From a bacterium (GTDB lineage: Bacteria; UBA8248), in the NCBI GenBank assembly GCA_965199855.1, contig OZ241326.1:544001-608000 (forward strand): a stretch of DNA of 64,000 nucleotides. The letters run 5' to 3'. Made by a program: the position numbers and the translations under genes. How positions within the stretch are numbered: position 1 is the first letter of the stretch; every line of letters begins with the position of its first letter. A model generated the notes under the pieces. The model was not told the DNA's origin. It saw nothing but the letters and a program-made list of their open reading frames with translations, and searched no databases. This document shows, one piece after another, positions 30,338 to 37,993 of the stretch.

Positions 30338-31300
30338 ATGAACGGGAAAAATTGGCTGATTTTCGCGCTCGCCGCCGTCGTCGCGGGCGCGTCGGCCGCG
30401 CCCGCCTCGGCGGCATATCCGACGAAGCCGGTGGAGATGACCATCACCTTCAAGGCCGGAGGAGCGGCGGACATCTCCGGCCGCACCGTGGCGAAGGCGG
30501 CCGAGGGGGTGTTCGGGCAGCCGATAGTCGCCGTGAACCGTCCGGGCGCCGGGGGAACCATCGGCTTCGCCTACGTCAAGACCGCGCCGGCCACCGGATA
30601 CAAGATCGGCTGGCTTTCGGCCTCGATTCTCACCGGCACGACCATGGGCCGCCTGCCCTATGACTACCGCGCCTGGGATTACGTTTCCCGCGTCGTGTTC
30701 GAGGCGACCGCCGTCGTCGTCCGGGGAGACTCGCCCTACAGGACGCTTCCCGACCTCGTGAAGGCGGCCAAGTCGAAGACCCTGAAAATCGGGAGCGCCG
30801 GCTCGGGCAGCTTCACGCGGCTCACGGCCTCGGCGCTGGCGAAAAAGGCGGGCTTCAGGTTCCGGCACGTTCCTTTGGGCAAGCGCCGCGTGCCGAGCCT
30901 CCTGGGCGGGGAGGTCGATGCGATTTCCGTCCATCCGCCCGAGGTGCTGGCGCTTCACAAGGCGGGCAAGGTCCGGATGCTGGCCGTTTCCTTCCCGAAG
31001 CGCCATCCGGCCTACCCCAAGGTTCCCCTGTTCAGCGAGCACGGGTGGGATGTCGGCTTCTATCAGTTCCGGGGCATCCACGTTCCCAAGGGAACGTCCG
31101 CGGAAGCGGTTCAAAAGCTCCACAAAGCCTTCGAGGCGGCTTCCAAGGATCCAAAAGTCCTGGCCGCCGCTGAAAAGAGAGGCTTTCTGGTTTCCTACAT
31201 GGGGCCGGACAAATTCCCGGCCTTCGTGGCGAGGCAGAACGCCCTGATCAAGGATATCGTCGTTTCGCTGGGGCTGGACAAGAAGAAAAAGAAGAAATAA
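30338..31300 (+). CDS. tctC: TTT substrate-binding protein (second copy)
   Basis: Signal peptide, YPTKPV, AGGAAD, NRPGAGG. Confidence 0.88.
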   Translation: MNGKNWLIFALAAVVAGASAAPASAAYPTKPVEMTITFKAGGAADISGRTVAKAAEGVFGQPIVAVNRPGAGGTIGFAYVKTAPATGYKIGWLSASILTGTTMGRLPYDYRAWDYVSRVVFEATAVVVRGDSPYRTLPDLVKAAKSKTLKIGSAGSGSFTRLTASALAKKAGFRFRHVPLGKRRVPSLLGGEVDAISVHPPEVLALHKAGKVRMLAVSFPKRHPAYPKVPLFSEHGWDVGFYQFRGIHVPKGTSAEAVQKLHKAFEAASKDPKVLAAAEKRGFLVSYMGPDKFPAFVARQNALIKDIVVSLGLDKKKKKK

Positions 31301-31351
31301 GCCCCGGAAAGCCGGCGCGCGGGGCGAGAAGCCGCAAGGGACTCGGCGTTT

Positions 31352-31846
31352 ATGGCGAAGGAGCCCGGAAAAGGCGGACGGCCGAGCGTTGGAAGCCTCA
31401 TCGCTCCGGGCCTTCTGGCGGTTTTTTGCGTCTGGTATGCCTCGATCATCCTGGAATTGCCCCAGGGGCCCGGAGAGGAGGGCCCCCTGGGGCCTTCCTT
31501 CGCTCCCTGGCTGTGGGCGTCGCTTCTCGCCGCTCTCGTCCTGACTGAAATCGGCGCGAGCCGCTTCGCCGCGCCCGAGGGGAGAGAGGGCGCTTTCATC
31601 AAGCGCAGAAGCCTTCTCGACGCGCTGACCCTCGTCCTTTTGCTGGTCGGATTCGCCCTCGCCATGCAGCGCGTCGGCTTCTCCGCCGCGGCCGCGCTGT
31701 TTCTCGCCGTCTCCGTCCGGTGGAGTGGAATCCGCGACTGGAAAATCATCCTCCCCTACGCCGTCGTCTTCGCCTTGGCGGCGAACTACGTCTTTCACCA
31801 CGTTCTCCAGGTGCCCCTGCCGCAGGACTGGCTCCCCCCAAGATGA
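31352..31846 (+). CDS. tctB: TTT small membrane subunit (second copy)
   Basis: Four TMs, GPSFAP, LQVPLP. Confidence 0.8.
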   Translation: MAKEPGKGGRPSVGSLIAPGLLAVFCVWYASIILELPQGPGEEGPLGPSFAPWLWASLLAALVLTEIGASRFAAPEGREGAFIKRRSLLDALTLVLLLVGFALAMQRVGFSAAAALFLAVSVRWSGIRDWKIILPYAVVFALAANYVFHHVLQVPLPQDWLPPR

Positions 31847-33333
31847 ATCTCCTGATGGACGGCCTCATCCAGGCGCTCGCGTGGAAGCCTCTTCTGTTCG
31901 CCCTCCTGGGAAGCTTTCTGGGAATCGTGTTCGCGGCCATCCCGGGCCTTACGGTGAGCATGGGCATCATCCTTCTGCTCCCCTTCACCTTTCACATGGC
32001 AGGCGTGACGGCGATGAGCCTTCTGGTGGGCGTCTTCGTCGGCGGAATGACCGGAGGAAGCATCTCGGCCATCCTGCTGAACATCCCCGGCAATCCCGCC
32101 GCCGTCGTCACGAGTCTGGACGGACACCCGCTCGCCAAAAAAGGGCAAGCGGGGATGGCGCTGGGCGCGGCGTTTTTCTCCAGCTTTCTGGGCGGGCTGT
32201 TCAGCCTTTTCTGTCTGGCGACCATCGCGCCCCAGTTGGCGGACTTCGCCCTGAACTTCGGCGCGCCGGAGCTGGCGTCGCTGATCCTGCTGGGGCTTTG
32301 CCTCATCTGCGGATTCGCCCAGACCTCGATGCGCAGGGCACTCGTCTCGGGCCTGCTCGGCCTGAGCTTCTCCACCGTCGGCATGGACCCCATCGATTCG
32401 ATACCGCGCTTCACGTTCTCCGTCGTCCAGATTCAGCAGGGGGTTTCGTTTCTTCCGGTGATGATCGGGCTTTTCGCGGTGCCCGAGATCATATCGGGAG
32501 CGCGCGGCGCCGCCGTCTCCCTGCCGGGCTTCTCCACGCGCCTGCGCGATTTGCTGCCCGCCCCGGGAGCCTTTCTCGGACTCTGGAAGACGCTCGCGCG
32601 CTCCTCCCTCATCGGAACCGCCGTCGGGCTGCTGCCCGGCACGGGGAGCGCCGTCGCCGCCGTGCTGAGCTACAACGCGGCGCAGCGCCGCTCCCGGGAG
32701 CCGGAATCGTTCGGCGCGGGAAATCTGGAGGGCGTATCCGCGCCGGAGGCCGCCAACAGCGCCATGACCGGCGGCGCGATGATTCCGATGCTCACGCTGG
32801 GAATCCCCGGCGATCCCGTCACCGCCGTGATGCTCGGCGCGCTCACCATTCAGGGCCTCGCGCCGGGGCCTCTCCTGTTCGAGAGCCACGCCGGCTTCGT
32901 GTTTTCCATCTTCGGGTCTTTTCTCGTCGCCCTGTTCCTCACCATCATCGCCGCGCTGCTGGGCATACGCCTGTTCGTTCAGGTGCTGCGCGTGCCTCCC
33001 GGCCTGCTTTTTCCGGGCATCGCCGTGTTCTGCGTCATCGGGGCGTTCGCCCTTCAGAACAGCTTTTTCGACGTGTTCCTGATGATTGGCTTCGGGCTGC
33101 TCGGCTTTTTCATGCGGAAGTTCGACTATCCGATCATGCCCTTGCTGCTGGCGATCATCCTGGGGCCCGTGTTCGAGAAGAACGCCAGAATGTCGCTCAT
33201 CCTCTCGGACGGCGACCCGGGCATCTTCCTGCGCAAGCCGATCAGCCTGATGTTCCTGGCGCTGGCCCTGCTCTATCTCGTCAGCGTTTTTCTCAGGCGG
33301 ACTTCTCTCCAGGAGAAGCGGGGCTCCGCCTGA
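31843..33333 (+). CDS. tctA: TTT large permease (second copy)
   Basis: AIPGL, AILLNIPG, APEAAN, TLGIPG; ATGA overlap with tctB. Confidence 0.92.
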   Translation: MNLLMDGLIQALAWKPLLFALLGSFLGIVFAAIPGLTVSMGIILLLPFTFHMAGVTAMSLLVGVFVGGMTGGSISAILLNIPGNPAAVVTSLDGHPLAKKGQAGMALGAAFFSSFLGGLFSLFCLATIAPQLADFALNFGAPELASLILLGLCLICGFAQTSMRRALVSGLLGLSFSTVGMDPIDSIPRFTFSVVQIQQGVSFLPVMIGLFAVPEIISGARGAAVSLPGFSTRLRDLLPAPGAFLGLWKTLARSSLIGTAVGLLPGTGSAVAAVLSYNAAQRRSREPESFGAGNLEGVSAPEAANSAMTGGAMIPMLTLGIPGDPVTAVMLGALTIQGLAPGPLLFESHAGFVFSIFGSFLVALFLTIIAALLGIRLFVQVLRVPPGLLFPGIAVFCVIGAFALQNSFFDVFLMIGFGLLGFFMRKFDYPIMPLLLAIILGPVFEKNARMSLILSDGDPGIFLRKPISLMFLALALLYLVSVFLRRTSLQEKRGSA

Positions 33334-33421
33334 TTCCCCGTTTTCCGTCCTTCTTCGCCCGCGCCTCCCGGGGGCCTGCCGAGAATCTCCCCGCCGAGAT
33401 GTTCCACGAGGAACACAGCGA

Positions 33422-33714
33422 GCAAATGCGCGCAGATGCGGGCAGATGCCGCGGCCTTGCGAAATGACCCCTCCCGGCGCCGCCTTTTCGCATAATCCGT
33501 TTATTTTCAATGAGTTGATATTTTTCCCGCGCTCTGAAGGGTCTTGAATTTGTCGAAAAAAGGCGCGAATTTGCGGGATAAAGGCGTGAATTTGTCGGAT
33601 TTTGTCGAAAACGGAATCGTTTTCGTTATGACGAGGACGGAGCGCGCGCGTCGCTCCTGAAACGCGCAGGGGCGACCCCTCCCCGGGGCCGCCCCACAAC
33701 TCCCGAGCCGCCCG
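33422..33714 (+). repeat. Modular non-coding repeat, copy 2 (10-bp tandem block, IHF-like site, GAATTTGTCG block, GC hairpin block)
   Basis: See alignments under copy 1; tandem GCAAATGCGC GCAGATGCGG GCAGATGCCG at 33422-33451. Confidence 0.85.
33508..33520 (-). promoter_or_regulatory. IHF consensus site
   Basis: Minus strand TATCAACTCATTG matches WATCAANNNNTTR exactly, in an AT-rich patch of a GC-rich genome. Confidence 0.5.
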
Positions 33715-33860
33715 TCGCCGGACGACGCCCCCCGGATTCCGCAATTCCTCCTCCTCGCCGGGATTGACGACGCGAGAACGGCGCGGGGCGAAAAACGCCC
33801 TGACCCATGCCCACGCCTTCGTCATCATCCGCTTCCCGAAACCCATGGTTTCGCCTCCTC

Positions 33861-33933
33861 CCTCTCGCGCCTCCGGAATCTAGCGCGTCGCTCCTTCTGG
33901 CGCGGCATCGCAAATGCGGGCAAATGCGCGATC
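33861..33933 (+). repeat. 73-bp direct repeat, left copy
   Basis: 70/73 identical to 36383-36455. Confidence 0.92.
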
Positions 33934-34003
33934 AATCCCGGCAGGGCGGAAGGATTGTCCCGACGGAGGAATGGATTGCGTACGCCGCGGTGAAACGCGC
34001 TCT

Positions 34004-34031
34004 CTGGATTCCGGCCTTCGCCGGAATGACG
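34004..34031 (-). repeat. CGTC-type REP-like palindrome
   Basis: CTGGATTCCGGCCTTCGCCGGAATGACG; 8-bp stem ATTCCGGC/GCCGGAAT. Confidence 0.7.
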
Positions 34032-34058
34032 GCGGAAGGACGCGGGGTTTATGGTTCC

Positions 34059-34082
34059 GTAGGGGTGGTTCGGAAACCGCCC
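34059..34082 (+). repeat. GTAG-type REP-like palindrome
   Basis: GTAG-GGGTGGTT-CGGA-AACCGCCC. Confidence 0.6.
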
Positions 34083-34238
34083 GCATCCATAGGATATTCG
34101 CGGGGCGGGGAGGAAACCCCGGCCAATCCGTGCGCGGGACGCGCCCGCCCGGCGGACGGCTGGATGGCCGGCGCGAACCGCCCCGCGCCGGGGATCAGCG
34201 GGATGGAGCCGCGCCGTGATTCGTGGTATCTCCTCTTT

Positions 34239-34907
34239 ATGCCCAACGACTCGCCGAAACCGCGTCTGACGCTCGAAACCCTGCTTGAAGAAGCGCGGGC
34301 GTTCGCCGGGGCCGAATCGGTCTGCGAGGAGCCGGCCATTTACGGCGTGACGGACGGCAAGGCGCTCGGCACGTATTTCGAGCGCAAGTTCCGCGCGCGG
34401 CTGAGCGGGAAGTATCGATTCGAGGCGGGAAGTTCGGCCTTGGGGATTGATTTCCCCGATCTGAACGTCGAAATGAAACTGACCAGCGTCAGGTAGCCGC
34501 AGTCATCCTGCCCGTTCAGGTCGGCCCGCGAAAAAATTTACGGACTGGGTTATTCGCTTCTCGTTTTCGTATATGACAAATTCGACGATCCGGAAGCGGC
34601 CGTGGGAACGCTTCGCATCCTCCACGCCATATTCATCGAATCGAGGAGAACGGGAGACTTCCAGACGTCAAGCGGCATTCTCGGCATCCTGGAAAACAAC
34701 GGAAACGCCGAGGATTTGGTCGCCTTCATGCGGGAGCGGAATCTGCCCGTTGACGACATTCAGGCCCTGCGGCTGGCGGAGGAGGTGATGGAGAATCCGC
34801 CGCAACCGGGATATTTGACGATTTCGAACGCCCTCCAGTGGCGGCTGCAATACAAGAGAGTCATCGAGACGGCGGGGGCCGTGGACGGCGTTCAGAAAAT
34901 CCGGTGA
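34239..34907 (+). pseudogene. Type II restriction endonuclease-like gene with in-frame TAG at 34494-34496
   Basis: GVTDGKALGTYFE, GIDFPDLNVEMKLTS (D...E-x-K); frame continues after TAG as PQSSCPFRSAREKIYGLGY into ORF 34602..34907. Confidence 0.8.
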
Positions 34908-34914
34908 CGCGGGC

Positions 34915-36405
34915 ATGGCGCGAAAAGCGGTGAAAATCGAATTCGGCGATTTCCAGACGCCCGCCGCGCTGGCGGGGGACGTCTGCGCGCTGCTGGCTCG
35001 CGCGATGCCGCCTCCCGCTTCCATCGTCGAGCCTTCATGCGGAACGGGCGCGTTCCTCGTCGCCGCTTTGAGGCGGTTTCCGAAAGCGAAAGCGGCGCTC
35101 GGATTCGAGATAAATCCCCGATACGTCGAAGCGGCGAGGCGGGCTCTTGCGGGGGCGGACGCCCGCGTCAGCGTCGAGCGCGTGGATTTTTTCAGGGCCG
35201 ACTGGGGGCGTCTGCTTCGGGGGCTCCCGGAGCCGCTGCTCATCATCGGCAATCCGCCCTGGGTGACCAGCGCCGCGCTCGGCAGGATGAGCGGCTCCAA
35301 CCTGCCGGCGAAGAGCAATTTTCTCGGTCTCGGCGGCATGGACGCCATGACGGGCAAAAGCAATTTCGACATCTCCGAGTGGATGCTTCTGAATCATCTC
35401 CACTGGATCGAGGGCCGCCGCGCGACGCTCGCCATGCTGTGCAAGACGACCGTGGCGCGCAAGGTTCTGGCCTATGCGTGGAGAAAGCGCATGGGCCTGG
35501 GCCGGGCGTCGATTTACGCCATCGACGCCGCCGCGCATTTCGGCGCGGCGGTGGACGCATGTCTTCTCGTGTGCTCCTCGACGCCTGGACGCCGCGCTTT
35601 CGACTGCTCCGTCCATGACGCGATTGACGCGGAAGCGCCGACGCGCGCGATCGGCTTTCGGGATGGCCAGATGGTGGCGGAGGCCGCGCTCTACGATCGC
35701 TGGAAGCATCTGCGGGGAGAAAGCGCGCATCGGTGGCGCTCCGGGCCGAAGCACGACTGCTCCGGGGTCATGGAATTTCGGAAGGAGGGCGGGCGCTACC
35801 GGAACGGCCTGGGCGAACTCGTCGAGCTGGAAAGCCGGTATCTGTATCCCATGCTGAAAAGCGCGGAACTCGCCAACGGGAGGACGGAGACGCCGAAGCG
35901 GTGGATGCTGGTTACGCAGCGAAGCGTCGGGGAGGATACGAGCGCGATTCGGGACCGCGCCCCGAAGACGTGGAGGTATCTCCAGGCGCACGCGGACCGG
36001 CTGGACCGGCGCCGAAGCTCGATCTACAGAAACCGGCCCCGCTTTTCCATGTTCGCCGTCGGCCCCTACACGTTCAGTTCCTGGAAGGTGGCGATTTCCG
36101 GCTTCTACAAGAGGCTCGACTTCAGGACGCTGGGCGAAGCGGGGGGCAAGCCGATCCTTCTCGACGACACCTGTTATTTTCTCCCCTTCGACGATGAGCG
36201 GCAGGCGCGCCTGACGGCCGGTTTGCTCAACTCCGAGCCGGCGAGGGGATTTCTGAACGCCTTTGTCTTCTGGGACGCGAAGCGCCCGGTCACCATTGAT
36301 ATCCTGCGGCGGCTCGATATCGGGGCGCTGGCTCTCGAATGCGGAATCGAGCTCGAACCCGCCGCGCCGGGCGAACGGGACGCCTCCCGCGCCTCCGGAA
36401 TCTAG
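34915..36405 (+). CDS. N6-adenine DNA methyltransferase (gamma class)
   Basis: FGDFQTP, VEPSCGTGAF, IGNPPW; 7 bp downstream of the REase-like gene. Confidence 0.88.
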   Translation: MARKAVKIEFGDFQTPAALAGDVCALLARAMPPPASIVEPSCGTGAFLVAALRRFPKAKAALGFEINPRYVEAARRALAGADARVSVERVDFFRADWGRLLRGLPEPLLIIGNPPWVTSAALGRMSGSNLPAKSNFLGLGGMDAMTGKSNFDISEWMLLNHLHWIEGRRATLAMLCKTTVARKVLAYAWRKRMGLGRASIYAIDAAAHFGAAVDACLLVCSSTPGRRAFDCSVHDAIDAEAPTRAIGFRDGQMVAEAALYDRWKHLRGESAHRWRSGPKHDCSGVMEFRKEGGRYRNGLGELVELESRYLYPMLKSAELANGRTETPKRWMLVTQRSVGEDTSAIRDRAPKTWRYLQAHADRLDRRRSSIYRNRPRFSMFAVGPYTFSSWKVAISGFYKRLDFRTLGEAGGKPILLDDTCYFLPFDDERQARLTAGLLNSEPARGFLNAFVFWDAKRPVTIDILRRLDIGALALECGIELEPAAPGERDASRASGI

Positions 36406-36455
36406 CGAGCCGCTCCTTCTGGCGCGGCATCGCAAATGCGGGCAAATGCGCGATC
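36383..36455 (+). repeat. 73-bp direct repeat, right copy (contains MTase stop codon)
   Basis: 70/73 identical to 33861-33933. Confidence 0.92.
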
Positions 36456-36486
36456 GATTCGAGGATTTTCCCTTCATTCAGGCGTA

Positions 36487-36732
36487 TCGGAGGGCAAGCG
36501 CGTCATCCCCGGCGTGATCGATTCCACCTCGAACTTCGTCGAGCATCCCGAACTGGTGGCCGACCGCATCGTTCGCTGCGCCGCCGCGGTCGGACGGGAA
36601 AACGTCATCGCCGGCGTCGATTGCGGCTTCGGCGCCTTCGCCGGCCGGGTTCAGGTGGATCGCCGCATCGTGTGGATGAAGCTGGCCGCCCTCGCCGAGG
36701 GCGCGGCGCTGGCCTCGAAGCGGCTCTGGTAG
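36487..36732 (+). pseudogene. 3' remnant of cobalamin-independent methionine synthase II family gene
   Basis: GKRVIPGVIDSTSNFVEHPELVA...VIAGVDCGFG...KLAALAEGA.LASKRLW; 5' part absent. Confidence 0.85.
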
Positions 36733-36940
36733 GACGGGGCGAAGGCCGGCGAACGAGAGCGGCCGCCCTTAAGCGATAGCCGGCAGCCGCCCCGGGCGGC
36801 GGGCGGGACCCGAACCCTTCCCCTTTCTGATTTCCCGCTCCCCCGTTTTTCCCGAAAAGCGGTCTGGTTTTTCGCGCCATGGCGCCGTTGGACGGCTCCG
36901 CCTTCCCCGCCGGGCGAAAAATATAATTTTCCCGACCGGC

Positions 36941-36970
36941 TTGACAAAAGAAAAACAGGGAATATATTAT
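36941..36970 (+). promoter_or_regulatory. Sigma70 promoter of hsp20
   Basis: TTGACA followed by TATATT (16 bp spacer) or TATTAT (18 bp spacer). Confidence 0.7.
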
Positions 36971-36984
36971 TTTTTAGAAATAAG

Positions 36985-37013
36985 ATTATATGAGTGTAAT
37001 TAACTCATATAAT
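36985..37013. promoter_or_regulatory. HAIR-like (HspR-type) operator
   Basis: Perfect ATTATATGAGT-N7-ACTCATATAAT; core resembles CTTGAGT-N7-ACTCAAG. Confidence 0.7.
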
Positions 37014-37075
37014 TGGTTTTTCAAGCGGGGCGGCAGAGCCCCTCAGACAAACCCGCACCATGAGGAGGACGCACG

Positions 37076-37489
37076 ATGTCGAACATGACGAGACGCGCTT
37101 CGTTCCATGATCTGGTCGGTCGGATGCTCGAGGAGACGATCGCGAAGCCTTTCGCGCAGGATTCCGAGGAGGGGCTTCTGCCCGTCGATGTCTCGCAGAC
37201 GGAGAAGGATGTCGTGGTCCGGGCGTCCATCCCCGGATTCCGGAAGGAGGACGTCGACGTTCGCGTCGAAAAGGGGGTTCTCTCCATCAAGGCCTCGAAG
37301 CAGGCCGAGGAGGTCAACGGCGAGAGATACTACCGCCGCGAGCGCTTCACGGGCTCCCTGAGCCGCCGCATCGCGCTGCCGGGCATGGTGCGGGATCACG
37401 ATTCGACCGCGGAGCTCAGGGACGGCGTCCTCACGCTTCGCGTCCCCATCGCCGAGGAAGCCAAGCCGAAGCAGATCGTGATTCAGTAG
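37076..37489 (+). CDS. Hsp20/alpha-crystallin small heat-shock protein
   Basis: LPVDV, ASIPG...EDVDV, YRRERF.G...R, AELRDGVLTLRVP; GAGGAGG RBS. Confidence 0.93.
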   Translation: MSNMTRRASFHDLVGRMLEETIAKPFAQDSEEGLLPVDVSQTEKDVVVRASIPGFRKEDVDVRVEKGVLSIKASKQAEEVNGERYYRRERFTGSLSRRIALPGMVRDHDSTAELRDGVLTLRVPIAEEAKPKQIVIQ

Positions 37490-37497
37490 GACGGACG

Positions 37498-37541
37498 GCG
37501 CGGCGGCGCCCGGGCCCTTCCCGACCCGGGCGTCGCCGCGC
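37498..37541 (+). terminator. GC-rich stem-loop after hsp20
   Basis: 17-bp stem (one G.T pair); no U-tract. Confidence 0.45.
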
Positions 37542-37819
37542 GTCGAAGGCGGAATTTTCGCCTGCGGGGAATTCTCCTTCGTCGCCCTGTCCCCGCTCAC
37601 CATGACGCCGCCGGGGGGCGCTTCCTCCTCCGCGGGAACGAGATCGCCCCTGCGGCGCTCCTCGGTTTGCGAACCCGGAAGAGCGGAGCCGGCGGCCCGC
37701 GAGGTCACGACCTCGGCGCGGTCGATGGCTTCCGGCGGCGAATCCTCGAAGCGGAGCGCCGCGTCCCGGGAGCCGAGAGGCTGATTTCGCGCGGGTCGCC
37801 CATGGGACGGGGAATCCCC

Positions 37820-37879
37820 GAAACGCGAAGGAAACGAAACCGAAACGGCAATTTAACCGAACCGCAAGACGCCCGTAAA
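37820..37879 (+). promoter_or_regulatory. 11-bp-phased GAAAC/TTAAC boxes (GlnR-box-like) upstream of urt/ure
   Basis: GAAAC at 37820, 37831, 37842; TTAAC at 37853; GTAAA at 37875. Confidence 0.5.
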
Positions 37880-37993
37880 GAACGCCCCCTATATTTCCGC
37901 TTCGTCGGAGAGGATTCTCGCGCTTCACTTTTCAGGGCCGCGCCGTCCGGCTTCCCGGACGGGCGGCGGCGCAAAGAGGGGGAGATCAGGAAA

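Noticed and set aside
33400-34100. Possible CRISPR array or integron attC array
   Set aside because: No regularly spaced identical repeats with unique spacers, no clear RYYYAAC/GTTRRRY attC ends, and no cas or intI gene.
34494-34496. TAG as a pyrrolysine or recoded codon
   Set aside because: TAG is used as a normal stop by many genes here, no pyl genes are seen, and a nonsense mutation is simpler.
37550-37805. Possible decayed gene fragment on the minus strand between hsp20 and urtA
   Set aside because: Looks coding-like but has no convincing motif; cannot be supported.
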